Source of the DNA: the human T2T-CHM13v2.0 reference genome, Homo sapiens
Assembly: GCF_009914755.1 (NCBI RefSeq)
Contig: NC_060928.1
Direction: 5' to 3' (one strand)
Length of the DNA: 64,000 nucleotides
Shown: positions 1-14,363 of the stretch, piece by piece
Layout of the letters: the number at the start of each line of letters is the position of its first letter
How positions within the stretch are numbered: the stretch's first letter is position 1
Position numbers and translations under genes: made by a program
Notes under the pieces: generated by a model
Seen by the model: only the letters and a program-made list of their open reading frames with translations
Told to the model about the DNA's origin: nothing
Database searches by the model: none

Positions 1-735
1 TTATGGGAGTTTGTTTTACACATTGTTTAATCGCCCAGTCATTAAGACCTGTACCCATTAGTTATTTTACCTGATCTTCTCTCTTCTCCTGCCCTCCACC
101 CTCCAATACACCCCAGTATGTTGTTCCATGCTATGTTTCCATGTGTTCTCATCTTTTAGCTTCCACTTAACAGTGAGAACATGTGGTTCTGTTTCTATGC
201 TAGTTTGCTAAGGATAACAGCCTCCAGCTCCATCTATGTCCTGTAAAATACACATCTTGCTTTTTTATGGCTGCATAATATTCCATGGTGTATATATATC
301 CCATTCCATTTTCTTTATTCAGTCAATCATTGATGGGCATTAAGGTTGATTCCATATCTTTACTATTGTGAATACTACTGCTATTAATAAACGTGTATGT
401 GCCTTTATAAGAGAATCATTCATCATCCTTTGCGTATATACCCACTAATGAGATTGGTGAGTTGAATTGTATTTTAGCCTCTAGGTTTTTGAGGAAGTGC
501 CACACTGTCTTCCACAATGGTTGAACCAACATAAACTCCCACTAACAGAGTATAAGCATTCCTTTTTCTACACAATCTTGCTAGCATCTATTACTTTTTA
601 AGTTTATAATAGCCATTATGACCGGTGCAAGATAGTATCTATTGTGATTTTGATTTGCATTTCTCTAATGAGCAGTGATGGTAAGCTTTTTGCATATGAT
701 GGTTGGCCACACATAGGTCTTCTTTTGTAAAGCAT
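1..735 (-). mobile_element. L1 (L1PA/L1PB-type) 3' region, runs off the window start
   Basis: Reverse-orientation L1 3'UTR/ORF2-end motifs (ccctccaccctcc, gtgagaacatgtgg, cacactgtcttccacaatggttgaac, ttgatttgcatttctctaatg). Confidence 0.85.
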
Positions 736-993
736 ACCAATTTTTTAAATACTTGAACTTTTCATTTATAATCTCATTTTTCTAAGCTATTACTTGGAAA
801 ATCCTGACTTCCTTATATGCTTAACTAATTATAGAAGTTAAGAAAATGAAATGTTGGCATTCTATTTACATCAGTCTTTGAGTAGTTTTGTTACCTAACA
901 TCCCCGATCTCATTCTTAATCTCTTTAGAGTCCTAACATTCTCTAACTTTGGAGTTCTACTAACGGAATAAGGTATTTTTTTTACTGTAGCAG

Positions 994-1081
994 GTTCTGT
1001 GGAGATTTGATGGGAATAGACCACATGGCTTGGGACTCAATACTCGAGTGTACAAGTGGATACCCCAGAATGACCTTCTTG
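994..1081 (+). pseudogene. UGT2B pseudogene exon 4 (88 nt)
   Basis: cag|GTTCTGTGG...CTTCTTG|gtatga; encodes [29 protein letters not shown](G), start of the UGT signature; canonical 88-nt length. Confidence 0.93.
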
Positions 1082-1936
1082 GTATGACTCTGGAGTAGAA
1101 ATACTGAATATATTAGTACCAGCCCATTAGAGTGTGAATAATTAATCATGAAATAAGCTTATTCAAAATGTGTTATGGAAAAACTTATAAATAAAATGAA
1201 ACTTCTTTGTATTTATTTTCCAGTCCTTCGGGGAACATAATAAGCTATAATTGCTGGCATTTTATGATATACATTCACAGTCTTTATGGTCAGAATCAGG
1301 GTATTTTTATTTCAAGTGTTATTATTTCTTGCAGAATTTTTTATTAACGTCATAGATTGTCTCTTTGTCTCCTATTTCTATAACTTTACACTTGTTCTTT
1401 CTTTTTATGCAGGGTTATTTCAAATGTCACTAATAAAACAGCTCTTCTGCTATCACCAGGAAGTCTGAATTTTCTGTAGGATTAAATTCCTAATCTCAAT
1501 CATAAAGTGATGACTCATTTCGTGACGAAGTGTGACCTGTCCTTCCTCAATCATAGCACCACCACCACCCCACTGCCTGCTGCCTTGCACATCTCACATA
1601 TCACATTCCGTGACTGCACTTAGGAGAACACATTCTTACATGTCCTTCTCTTTTCTTTGATTCTTTTTCTTTTTTTTTCGCATTTAATTTAGATCACATT
1701 GTTTCTTTAGTCCAACTGGTAATCTTGTTTAATTTTTTTTCAGTCTGAAGTCACACAAAACATATAGCTTTCACTTATATCTCCAGCAGAAGTATGTGCT
1801 CCTTCCTCTGAAGTCTGAAACACAATTTTAATTTAGTTCAATGTTTTAGCTAGAAAACACTGTCACTTGCGTGTTTCGTTGTGCATTTCTCATTTTATTC
1901 CTATGAGTAATATTGCTAAAATTTATCCAATCCTAG

Positions 1937-2155
1937 TTCATCCAAAAACCAGGGCTTTTATAACTCATGGTGGATCCAATGGCATCTACAAGGCAATCTA
2001 CCATGGGATCCATATGGTGCACATTCCATTGCTTGCAGATCAACCTGATAACATTGCACACATGAAGGCCAAGGGCACAGCTATTAGATTGGACTTCCGC
2101 ACAATGTCTAGTACAGACTTGCTCAATGCTTGAAGCCAATAATTAATGACCCTTT
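1937..2155 (+). pseudogene. UGT2B pseudogene exon 5 (219 nt, 1-nt deletion)
   Basis: cctag|TTCATCCAAAA...CCTTT|gtgagt; [33 protein letters not shown]; frameshift at aatgct-tgaag gives TGA 2131-2133. Confidence 0.93.
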
Positions 2156-2559
2156 GTGAGTATAACAATATCTTTTCACTAGGTGGTATTTATAGATACC
2201 TTATCTTCTCAATAGTATGAGTTTCATCCTTTTTTCAAGAGACTAATTTTGAAAGAATTTAAATGATGTAACCAATCTGAAATCTTCTTTTATTTTTGAG
2301 CAGTTATTTAAAAACTGTTTTTAGAACTCCGTACATTTAATGGGTATCCAATAGTGAAACAATTTTTTACACAAAAATAATTTTCAAGTAATATAGATAA
2401 TATAAAAAAGACTGTTTTAAAAAAATTTCATGATCAGTCCACAGTAGAAAAGAAGGATAAACTTAAAGAAATATGATAAAATGTTTTAATTAAACATCCA
2501 AAATATCTAAAAGTATAACTATTTTCCTGCTGAAAAATTCATTTTTATTCTTTTCATTA

Positions 2560-3430
2560 TTGTAACAGGCTTGATAATTAGATATAATTTCCACGACTTA
2601 AAATCCACCTATTTAAGGTTTAAAATCCCAATATATTTAGAATGCTTACGAGTCACGAAGCCATCATCTGCAATCACATAATTTAGGGTGTTGTGTAAAT
2701 GACTTATTTCACTGAGCATAATTTTTTGGGTTTTTTAAAATAGTTTTTAGATTCGTTCATGTTGTAGTGTGTATTAATACTTCATTTCTTTTTACAGCAG
2801 TATAATATTTTATAGTATGGATATGCCATATTTTATATGTTCACTTATCAGTTCATTGGCCTTTTGATTGTTTCCAATTATGGCTACTAGGAACATTGCT
2901 ACACGTGTTTTTGCATAAACATGTTTTTCTTTATTTGGGATTGATACTATAAGTGGAATTGCTGGCTCATGTGGGAACTGTATGTTTATGAAGAACTGCT
3001 GAACTGTTTCCCAAAGTCCTTGTTCCATTTGTCATTCCCACCAACAGTGCAAGAGGGTTCCAATTCCTCCACACTGTTGCCAACACATGTTATTATCTTT
3101 TTGTTATAGCCTTCTTAGTGGGTGTGAAATGATCTTTCATTGTGGTTTTGGATTGGATTTTCATTACAGCTAAAAATGTTGACCATTGTTATATGTGCTT
3201 ACTGACCATATATGGCTTTGGAAAAACACGTATTCCAATCCTTGGAACATTTTTAAACTTTGCTACTTGTCTTATTATTGAGTTTTAAGAACTATTTATG
3301 TTTCATGGATATAATCTTAGATACATAATTTGCAAATATTTTGTTTCATTCTGGGTGTGCTAACATTTTACACTTTTGATGATGGTTTTTGAAGCACAAA
3401 ATTTTTAATTTTAATAAGTTAAATTTTTAA
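2560..3430 (-). mobile_element. Old L1M (L1MB-like) fragment
   Basis: Reverse L1 motifs: gtggaattgctggctcatgtgg, gaactgttttcccaaag-like, cattcccaccaacagtg, tggtttttgaagcacaaaa. Confidence 0.7.
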
Positions 3431-3985
3431 TAATTGATTTATTTATACTCCAAAGGATACAACATGCAAAATGTCTACCCACTCCAGCTACCATCAGTTC
3501 AGCATTTATAACTACTATCAATAATGTTTTCATGTAAGACAGCCATCACCTAAAGGAATACTTTTAAAACAGGTTGTACAATAAAACAGGTTGGACCAAT
3601 ATAAAAGAAATATAAAATAAGGTGGTTTATTTAAATGTAAATACACAGATACTTCCATTAAATCTAAACAAACTTTAAAAAGAGGAGCAAATAATGAGTA
3701 ATGCCATAGAACATTAGAAGAACACAGTTAACGAATGGAAACTTGTAACACGATACACACACACGCATGCATATATATATGTATCATATATATCAACTAA
3801 AAGACATTTTCTTAGAGCATATTGAATTGTTAATAATTATTTGAAGTGACATGTGGTGGGACATAAATCAAGACTCAGTAAATTTGAAAAGATTCAATAT
3901 CATAAAGAATATATGATCCAGCCTTAGTAGAAGTAAGGGAAATTTTAAAAAATGTAACTAAAATATCTTTAATTTTGGAAATTAA

Positions 3986-4345
<360 letters not shown>

Positions 4346-4452
4346 AAGTCAAGAAGTTAATCATAATTAAGCATGCATTTTTATCTCAGCAATTCTACTT
4401 TCAATTATATACCCAACAGATATGTATAAATATGTAAATCTAGTGCTACATA

Positions 4453-5187
4453 TGACATGGACAGGAAACAGGAAAATACTGGGTAGAAGAGGTCGGTTCC
4501 CCAGCAAAGTTCCCACCCTCAAGCCTGAAAACTAAATGAGAACAGACATTCTGTTTTTGAGGCCCGAAGTTCCCTTTTGGCCCACCATGCCCTCCTATTC
4601 TACCCATATGAACCCCAAACCCCCGGCATGAAAAGAAGAGCCAAAGAATGGCAGAATGGTGCATCAGAGAGAAGAGAATGAATTTCTGAATGCAGAGAGT
4701 AGTTCAGCTGGGGACAGTTGGAGAGGAGAGGAAATTGGATGCTGGATGGCCAAACTCCAGAGGAAGATCATCTTCCCACTCCATCACCATCCCAGCTCTC
4801 CATTCATCCAAGAGCCACCTCCACCACTCAATAAAAACCCCTGCATTCATCCTTCGAGTCCATGTGCGACCTGATTCTTTCTGGATCCTGGACAAGGACT
4901 TAAGTACTAACAGGGCACTGAACTGGTTAACACTTAAGCCATCAATACATTGCAAGGCTAAAAGAGTACACCAACACATACCTACTTGGGCTTTGGGAGT
5001 TGTAGACACCCACCCCTGGATGCTGCCATGGGGCCAGAGCCCAGGGGCGCTCACCCAGGCTCCTGCACTTGCCTGTCTGCATGCTCCCCCTCCCATAAGG
5101 GGCTTGAATGTGCATGGGGGCTGAAGAGATGAGCCACACAGCTGTCGCACATCTTGTGGTGGGGGGGCCCAGAACTCTTGCATTTCA
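4453..5187 (+). mobile_element. Solo ERV1 LTR (LTR1/LTR27-family-like) inserted in an old L1ME fragment
   Basis: TG..CA ends (tgacatggacagg...catttca), start resembles LTR1 (ggaaatactgggtagaagagg), AATAAA near 4830, near-TSD cata/tata, L1 sequence resumes on both sides. Confidence 0.75.
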
Positions 5188-5749
5188 TATACAAGAATGT
5201 TTATGACAGAATTATTAATATTATCCAAAAATTGTTAGCAACCCAAATGTCTATTGGTCATAAAATGATGACATAATCTGTGTTTTAGCAATCAACAAAA
5301 TACTAAACAGCAATGGAATTAACCAACAACAGCTACACAAAAATTTAAAAAAAAATAGGCTCTAATGAATATATGTTATATAATTCAATTACATAAACAA
5401 AGGAAACTAATGTATGATATTTGAAGTCAGGCTAATATTTAATTGGAAGACAAAAGTAGTGAATAAATGGTTCAGAAAAGGAGAGTTATTCTAGGCAGGT
5501 TGTGATATCGTACACCATGATCTGAGCAGAAGGTAAATTGGTATCTTCTCTTCAAGATAATGTTCAAGATGATCTCACACTTTTGACCTATTCACTTAGT
5601 GTATGTATTTTTATCTTTTCATTTCAATATTTAAAGGTTTATTTTATATGATATATAATGTATTTAAAATTCTAGGAATCAAATATCAAAATAAGCATAA
5701 AACAATAGAGAAAATCCTAGAGGTTCCATCATAGAGTGTCCAGGAAAAG

Positions 5750-6180
5750 CCTATCTTAGAGGTAACACTTAGAGGGAAACCTCAAAAGGAGATAGAAGCA
5801 TGCCTTGGGTTGTTGAAAGAAAGAATGTTCCAAGAGTGCGAGAGAGGGGGCAAAATGTGTAAAGATGCTATGATGAGAACACTTTTGGTACTTTAAAGAA
5901 AAATAGACCAACGTCTCTAGAAGACATAGTGTGTATGGAAAAAGTGTTAGGAGAAGAGCTTGCCAGTGTTTGACATTGCAGGGTCCTGTAGACCAAATAA
6001 CAGAGTTGGATTTTATTCTTAATATGATAGGTCAGGCAAAAATCTTAATCAGGGGAGTTGCAAAATCTGACCTTTAATTTCAAAAATTTCATTCTGGCTA
6101 CTGGGTAGGAAACAGTAGGAGAAAAATGGTAGGGTAGAAGCAGAGTGACTAGCTATGAGGCATTTCACTGACCATGGCAC
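5750..6180 (-). mobile_element. L2 fragment
   Basis: Degenerate L2 motifs (gagttggattttattct, atctgaccttt...aaaaatttcattctggct). Confidence 0.5.
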
Positions 6181-6260
6181 AATTCCTTTTAGGAACTTAA
6201 AAATGGTAATTCTCAAATTGTATTTTCACTATCTTTCCTAAAGAACTTAAAATTGCTCAT

Positions 6261-6480
6261 GATGTTGAGCACGTTCTCATATGCCTGTTTGAGAACTAAA
6301 AGAGTGTAATTGTATTGTTCATAACAGAAAGGATAAATGTTTAAGGAAGGATACTTTATTCTCCATGATGTGATTATTTCACATTGCAACCTGTATCAAA
6401 ACATCTCATGCAACCCATAAATATATACACCTAGTAAGTACCCACAAAAACTAAAAATTAACAAATTAAAAAATAATAAT
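6261..6480 (+). mobile_element. Short L1MA-type 3' end with a small inverted 5' piece
   Basis: ctccatgatgtgattatt...aaatatatacacc..gtacccacaaaa plus A tail; TSD-like aaaattgctcat / aaaatggctcat; reverse L1 piece gatgttgagcacgttctcatatgcctg at 5' side. Confidence 0.65.
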
Positions 6481-6676
6481 AAAATGGCTCATATTTGCTT
6501 TGCCTGAAAGAAATTAGTTTTCCTGACTTTCCATTTTACTTTAAAAAAATTGTCAACGATAAAATTCCAGTTTAATAGCCGAAGTTTCTATGATGACTCA
6601 AACTAAATTGTACAAATTCTATGTCAATTATATGTCATTTACTCTGAATCATTTGGCACTGTAAAAACCTTTCATG

Positions 6677-7000
<324 letters not shown>

Positions 7001-7071
7001 TTATATGGACTTGATATGCTCAAGAAAATAAACTTACTTTCAATTTTGGTATCTCTATGTTTATCCTTCAG

Positions 7072-7340
7072 ATATAAAGAGAACACTATGAAGTTATCAA
7101 GAATTTGACATGATCAACCAGTAAAGGTCGAGCAGTCTTCTGGATTGAATTTGTCATGTGCTGTAAAGGAGCCAAGCAACCTCGGGTTGCAGCCCAGGAC
7201 CTCACAGGCTTCCAGTAACACTCCTTCAACGTGATTGGGTTCCTGCTGTCCTGTGTGGCAACTGTGATATTTACCATCATGAAATGTTGTATGTTTTGTG
7301 TCTGGAAATTTGCTAGAACTGGAAAGAAGGGAAACAGATT
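7072..7340 (+). pseudogene. UGT2B pseudogene exon 6 (TM and cytosolic tail coding part), disrupted
   Basis: ccttcag|ATATAAAGAG; YKENTMKLSRI* (TGA), small deletion before cgagcagtcttctggattgaa ([10 protein letters not shown]), TAA at cagtaacac, then [23 protein letters not shown]. Confidence 0.92.
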
Positions 7341-8139
7341 TGTTGTATTTGAAGCTTGAAGTTGGGAAACCTGATAGATGGGACTTCTTCAGTTTATTCC
7401 AACAAGAAAGATTATGATGCAAGTTTCCTTTCTTTCTGTGACAGAATATCTCTTCAAAAATTACTTACCTTGGCAACTAAAAAATTTGTTTTTCAGAGAT
7501 TTAATACCTGTTTAATGGTTAGAAATACTTTTTGTCAAGAAGGAAAATACTGGCAAAAATATTAAATAGTATAAAGCCATACGAGCTGATGTTAAAATTT
7601 GTCAAGCTTATATTGAAATTCATTGCCCTCATTCACAAGTTACATGAAAAAATTTTTACTGAGCTTAACTACATTTCACATATTGTACTTAAACACAAGA
7701 ATATTGAGAAGTCCACTGACAGTATCGGTTCTATTTTGCAAATACTCAGATTACTTTGGCTTCATTTTGAGCAGGATTTTCATATTTTAACTGTTGTTAA
7801 AGGAACTATTAAACAATTGAATTGTATAAAAAATCTCTCTCTTCCTTTTGATATTTTGAGATGAGTAGTGCTGCTTGGCCTTTATGGTGCATACTGCTTC
7901 AGCGTCAGTTTTTTCCTAAAATTTATGGCAAAAATGTTTATTGTTTTAGAGCTTTAGTCATTTCCCAGTGGAACGTATGTGGCATTAGAAATATAGCAAC
8001 TGCTACCTGCTTCCTACAGTAATATTGAACTATTTTACAAAGCCTTTGGTTCTATGAGCCAATTCAGGCTTTCCATGTGATATCAACAAAATCAATACAT
8101 CTTTGTCCAAAAAAAAAATTAAAAATGGAGAAATGAGTA

Positions 8140-8245
8140 AGTGAGTGGTGGAGAGAACACCGGACTAAAAGTCAGGAGAGCTGGGGTCAAGTCCCACCCT
8201 TCTGCTGAGCCAGTCTTTCATCCTGAGTCTCAGTTTACCCATTTT
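8140..8245 (+). mobile_element. MIR fragment
   Basis: gtggtggagagaacac.ggact..aagtcaggagagctgggg...tgagtctcagtttacccat. Confidence 0.6.
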
Positions 8246-8289
8246 TTCTGGTCATTTAAAAATATTCATCTGTTTGATTTTATTCTCAT

Positions 8290-10168
8290 ATTTTAAATTA
8301 TTTCAATAGATTTTAGGGAACAGGTGGTGTTTGATTTGATGGATAATTTATTTAGTTGTGATTTCTGAAATTTTGGCACACCCATCATCCGAGCAGTGTA
8401 CACAGCACCCAATGTATAGTCTTTTATCCCTCTTCCCACTCCAACCTTCCCTGAGTCCTGAGAGTCCATTATATTATTCTTATGGCTTTGAATTTTCATA
8501 GCTTAGCTCCCACTTATAAGTGAGAACATCCAATGTTTAGTTACCTAATCCTGAATTACTTCACTTAGAATACTGGTCTCCAATTCCATCCAGGTTGCTG
8601 TTAATGGCATTATTTTCTTCCTCTTTATGACTGAGTAGTATTCCAAGGTGTGTGTCTGTGTGTATGGGGGGTGTATATTATATATATGTGTGTGTGTGTA
8701 TATATATATATATATACACACACATACATACATATCATATTTTCTTTATCCACCCATTGGTTGATGGGCATTTAGGTTTGTTCCATATTTTTACAGTTGG
8801 GAATTGTACTGCTGTAAAGATTTGCATAAGTCTTTGCAAATAATGACTTCTTTTTTTCTGTGTAGATATCCAGTAGTAGGATAGCTGGGTAAAAATGTAG
8901 ATCTACTTTTAGTTCTTAAGGAATGTCCATACTGTTTTCTATAGTGGTTGTACTAGTTTACATTCCCACCAGTAGTGTAAAAGTGTTCCTTTTTACTACA
9001 TCCATGCCAATATTGTATTATTTTCTGTTTTTTTTTAATGATGTCCATTCTTACAGGAGGACAGTAGTATTGCATTGTGGTTTTGATTTGCATTTCCATG
9101 ATAATTAGTGATGTTGAGCATTTTTTTTATGTTTGTTGTCCATTTGTATATTTTCTTTTGAGAATTGTCAATTCATGATCTTAGCCTAATTTTTGATGAT
9201 ATTATTTGTTTTTCTCTCGTCTGTTTGAATTTTCGTAGATTCTGAATATTAGTCCTTTGTCAGGTACATAGTTTGTGAATATTTTCTCCCATTCTGTGAG
9301 TTGTCTGTTTATTCAGCTGATTATTTCTTTTGCTGTGCAGAAGCTTTTTAGTTTAATTAAGTCACATCTATTTATCTTTGTTTTTGTTGCACTTCCTTTT
9401 GGGTTCTTGCTCATGAAGTCCTTGTTAAGCCAATGTCTAGAAGAGACTTTCTGATGTTCTGTCCTAGAATTTTTATTGTTTCAGGTCTTAGGTTTAATTT
9501 TTTCATCCATCTTAAGTAGATTCTTTTTTATAAGTCGAGAGATGTGGATTCAGTACCATTGTACTACAAGTGACTTGTCAATTATCCCAGCACCACTGGT
9601 TGAATAGGGTGTCCTTTCTCCACTTTATGTTTTTGTTTGCTTTGTCAAAGATCAGTTGGCAATAAGTATTTGGCTTTATTTCTGGAATCTGGATTCTGTT
9701 CCATTGGTCCACATGTCTGTTTTTATGCCTTTGCCATCCTGTTTCAGTAGCTACAGCCTTGTAGTAGTTTGAAGTTGGGTAATGTGATACCTCCAGATTT
9801 GTTCTTTTTGCTTAGTCTTGCTTTGGCTATGCAGACTTCAAGCCAAGAATCAAATCAAGAATTCAACCCATTTCACAACAGCTGAATCAAAAAGAAAAAA
9901 AATAAAATAAAATACTTAGAAATATATCCAACCAAGAAGGTGAAAGACCTCTACTAAGAAAACTATGAAACCTACAAAATACTGTCAAAAAAAATCATAG
10001 ATGACACAAACAAATGGAAACATCTCTCATGCTCATGGATGGGTAAAATCAATTTTATGAAAATGACAATACAGCCAAAAGCAATCTATGAGTTCAATGC
10101 CATTCTCCTAAACATACCATAATCATTCTTAACAGAACTAGAAAAAACAATCCTAAATTTCATATCGG
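8290..10168 (-). mobile_element. L1PB-like element, 5'-truncated with 5' inversion
   Basis: Reverse L1 8290-~9835, then forward ORF2 segment ~9838-10165; 12-bp TSD ttttattctcat at 8278-8289 and 10169-10180. Confidence 0.88.
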
Positions 10169-10734
10169 TTTTATTCTCATTTTGACCTTTAATAGCAAAT
10201 ACAAGTTCTTAATTTTAGTTTGTGATAATATAGGAAATGCATTCTAAAGGGACTTAGTGAATTTTCAATCTTGATGAACATACAGGCACATATACATGTC
10301 CATTTCTTTTGAAACAAGACACAGCATCACTTTACAATCTAATAGCTATGTTGGGAAATTCAATGTGTTTATTGAAGACAGTTTGAATTTATAATTATTA
10401 TTCTACATAACTATACTTTAAATGATCAAGTCTAATTTTTTTTTCTCTTTTCCACAGTCTTTTGATCTTTCCCTCCGATAAATATAATTTGGCAACACTA
10501 CATTTTTTAGCATAACAAAAATACATCTACAAAGAATACAAAAAGTTTATAAATTTTGTGGAAAATAGCTAAGTCAAGCCATAAACCTCCTTTAATCTGC
10601 ACATCAGGGAAGCACTTTATGATCAAAGTGGTCCAGATTGACAGAAACCCAGTTGTCTTTGTTAATCAGAAGTCTTATCACTAAACAAGTCTCCCAACAA
10701 ATATTATTCGGCCTAAGGCATGATTTAAATATAT

Positions 10735-10890
10735 GTCACTATATAAACATGTGTGTATATATACACACATATATATCACTATATATACACACACACATAT
10801 ATGTTATATATATCACTATATATATCACTAAATATGTAGATTTGTATTTGTATACATATATATAAATCATGTCATACACACACACACATG
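10735..10890. repeat. (TA)n/(CA)n low-complexity tract
   Basis: Alternating purine-pyrimidine repeats visible directly. Confidence 0.8.
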
Positions 10891-12049
10891 CACTAAAACA
10901 ATGATGTTAAAGAAATTATAGGAAGTGTGTATAACAGAATATTTTACACAAATCATCCTGGTATTGATACATTTATAAAGGAAAACAGGAATAACAAGGT
11001 GGCAAAGGCTAAAAATGTTGTTTTATCATTCTTATAAGCCTGAAATAATTCACAGTAAACCTATTCTACAACACACTTAAAAGGTGGGTATCTATTGTTT
11101 AGTGAGTACTACAATCACCAACTAAAAAGGAGAAACATTCCAATATAAAACTTAATGAAAATATGAACAGGCACTTCAAAGTAGAAATTCCCAAAAACAT
11201 ATAAAAGATCATAAAGTAACTGATGCTCAGGAAAATAGAAACAATGCCAATAAATTAATGCTCTAGAGATTTGCAACCTACAAAAACCTGAAAAATCTAT
11301 TTTTGAGGGAGTATAATGCAAAATAACCTTCTAAAATAAAATGTCAATATACAGTTTGAAACTGAAGTTCTACATCTATAAATCTATCATGCAGAAATCC
11401 TTCCATATAAGCACATGTATGAACAGAATATTTCCTCCAGCACTTACTTGGCTCCAGTCAATGAACACACATAGCTCCAACAAATGTGAGTGTAGTCATT
11501 GCAGAGAACAGTTTATTCCATTGCTAAATAGAAAAAGTAGTTTCCAGAAAAAAAGGCTTACTTGTACTTGTAATGAAATAAAATAAAATATATGTAAACT
11601 TGTACAACGAAAAAAAATCTAGAAGAACACACATAAATATAAGGATGGGAATTTTAGATTTTATTCTACAGAATCCTGCAGTATTTAACTTTTTACAATA
11701 TTTTCATGTGTTATTTATGAGGTTTAAAAATGAATTTGTGAAATAAACATAAAATCAGTACACGACGTTTGAAAAATTAACATCTCGTTATTAATTCATT
11801 AGTGTTATTCAAAAAACTTGAATTGATCATGTTTCTCACATGCTATTTTATTCATTTGCAGCTTTTTTTAGAACCCTTATTCCATGTTTAAAATACCTAT
11901 GGATACATATAATACAATGTTTAAAAAATTGCAAGAACTGTAGATATCTAAATTCACATAATTTTCACATTTTGTTTTTTTATTATTTTTAATATTTTAT
12001 GAATCTTACAATAACTTAACAACTTCTACTGTCTTCTTCAAAAGGTTAT

Positions 12050-12600
12050 ATTGGTTGTGATTTTTGTGACATGACTATAAATACTTTGACAATTTTCCTG
12101 TCAAGTAATATCCCCTCCCTTTGAAGTTTGGCAAACCTTGTAGCTGTCTCAACAGAAACGATATAGTGGAAATAATGCAGCTTATCTTACAAAGTTCTGT
12201 TGGAAACACAAAGTGTTCTCTCTCTCTTTCTCCCTCTCTCTTTGGATCTTTTGTTTGTATGTTTCTTTTTCTCTCTACACCTCCTCAACTCCATCTGTAG
12301 TCCCCGTAATAAATGACAATTTGGTAGAGAGACACAGATATATGCCCAAGAAATCCTGGTAGCCCACTAGCACTTTGAGCCCTTCAACTTGAATCATTAA
12401 GTATGTAAGTGAATGATCTTCAGATAATTATAGACCGAGGCACCGTAGGAAAGTAGCTACCTAAGAAACTCTGTGGAAGGAACACATAATTGAGCTCAAC
12501 CAACACCCAAACTCTGAGCGATGATAATAAAATGATTACAGTTGTTTTAAGGCCTGACATTTGGAAACAATTTGTCATGCAGTGATATATAACTGGAATA
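12050..12600. mobile_element. MaLR LTR (MLT1-like)
   Basis: aaatactttgaca...tcccctccctttgaa..., terminal gttgttttaagg...tttgtcatgcagtgatatataactggaata. Confidence 0.6.
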
Positions 12601-12717
12601 ATAAATCTACATATTTTAAATTATACATTTGTAATAAAATTACAATTAATATATAGCTACATGAGTGGAAAATAGGGAATATTATATTTTGAAAATATCT
12701 GTACCTCAAATAGAAGA

Positions 12718-12940
12718 CTCAGCATAACATGGTGGTTAAGAGCTGGCACTCTGGATCCAGATGCCCTTCATTCAAGTCTCTGAGAAACCACTACATAATG
12801 ATGTGGGGTTGGACAAGTTACTTGGACTTTATTTGCTTCAACTTCCTCACCAATGAAATGGCATTGGTGGTCATAGTATTATCAACCTCATGGGGTTGCT
12901 GAAAGGATGAATTCATTAATATTTCAAGCACAAAAAACAA
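12718..12940 (+). mobile_element. MIR
   Basis: gcataacatggtggttaagagc...ggacaagttactt...cttcctcaccaatgaaatgg...acctcatggggttgctgaaaggat. Confidence 0.8.
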
Positions 12941-12974
12941 TTGTATATACAGCAAAGTAAAATTTTTTTGTAAC

Positions 12975-13300
12975 ATTGAATGTGGCAAAGTTTTTAGATA
13001 TGACACCAGGAGCAGGAGCAACCAAAATAAAATTGATAAATTCGGTTTCATCAAATTAAAATTTTTCACACATCAAAGAACACCTTCAATAAAGTCAAAA
13101 GAGAAACCAGAGTTTGAAGTATCTATTTGCAAGTTACATACCTGATAAGTGACTTACTTATATAAAAAAAAATAAAGAAAGCTTACAGCTCAATGTTAAA
13201 AAGACAAATAACATAATCAAAAAATGTTTAAAAATCTAAACAGGAATTTTACCAGGGAATATGCAAATGTCCAATAAGATCATGAAAAAAATGTTTTATG
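12975..13300 (+). mobile_element. Old L1M ORF2 fragment
   Basis: tttttagatatgacacc...aaaattgataaatt...tcatcaaattaaaa...tatttgcaagttaca..ctgataag. Confidence 0.6.
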
Positions 13301-13621
13301 TTGGATTACATAGTTAAGAGAAATATATAACATCTTCCCAATCACAAGTAACTTTTCCTTTGTGCTCATAGTCAGGGAAATAAATTCTCATGGCTAAACA
13401 GAAAAGCTGCCTGGAATAAATACAAGTTATTTAGCAGAGCTGTAACAATATAAAATTAAAGATAAGTAAACAAATAACACTAGTCTTCCTAAGAATCCAT
13501 ACTAGGGATTAAAATATTATAAATGAAGAGTCTGGTTTCCATATTTTTTAACAGTATCTTTCCCACTACTCTGTAAAGATGCTATTTTAATTCTTATTAT
13601 ATATACTAAGTCAAACACACA

Positions 13622-14098
13622 TGAAGGAAGAGAAAGACCCTCTCATATTATTTTATATTGTTTTATCCTCAGTACCTGTTTTAAGAAAAAACAAATAAGT
13701 GAAATCAAAGATAGGCAGCCCGGCGCCAGGCCCAAAACCAGCCCTGGGCCTGCCTGGCCTAAACCTAGTAGTTAAAAATCAACTCATAACTTAGAAACCG
13801 ATGTTACTCATAGATTCCAGACATTATATAGAAGAACATTGTGAAACTCCCTGCCCTGTTCTGTTTCTCTCTGACCACCGGTGCATGCAGCCCCTGTCAA
13901 GTACCGCCTGCTTGCTCAAATCAATCACGACCCTTTCATGTGAAATCTTTAGTGTTGTGAGCCCTTAAAAGGGACAGAAATTGTGCATTTGGGGAGCTTG
14001 GATTTTAAGGCAGTAGCTTGCTGATGCTCCCAGCTGAATAAGTCCCTTCTTTCTACAATTCGGTGTCTTGAGTTTTGTCTGCAGCTCCTCCTGTTACA
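13622..14098 (+). promoter_or_regulatory. 5' LTR (LTR2B); candidate distal promoter for UGT2B7
   Basis: tgaaggaagagaaagaccctctcat...ctgttaca; TATA-like cttaaaa near 13963; polyA signal altered to AATAAG (14037-14042); same strand as UGT2B7. Confidence 0.85.
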
Positions 14099-14103
14099 TT
14101 TCT

Positions 14104-14121
14104 TGGCTCCCTGACTGGGAA
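14104..14121 (+). other. Primer binding site, tRNA-Glu
   Basis: tggctccctgactgggaa, 16/18 match to tggttccctgaccgggaa (complement of tRNA-Glu 3' end), just downstream of the LTR. Confidence 0.88.
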
Positions 14122-14363
14122 GCAACGTGACTGACAGACAGCTGAGGCAGCCCCTTAGGCAACTTAAGCCTGCCTTGTGGAGTGCCCCTGTGGGGGACTC
14201 CAGCCAGCCTGAGTGACATGATCCAAAGAGCCCTCCTGGGTAGGAAATTGCCCCGGTGGAATCCCTCACCAGAGAAGCAGGTAGCAGGCCCTCGCAGAGG
14301 ATTAACACAGTGGCTGAACACCAGGAAGGAACTGGCACTTGGAGTCCAGACATCTAAAATTTG

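Noticed and set aside
4446-5228. Overlapping 65-174 aa ORFs on both strands
   Set aside because: They lie in a GC-richer solo LTR with no recognisable protein motif
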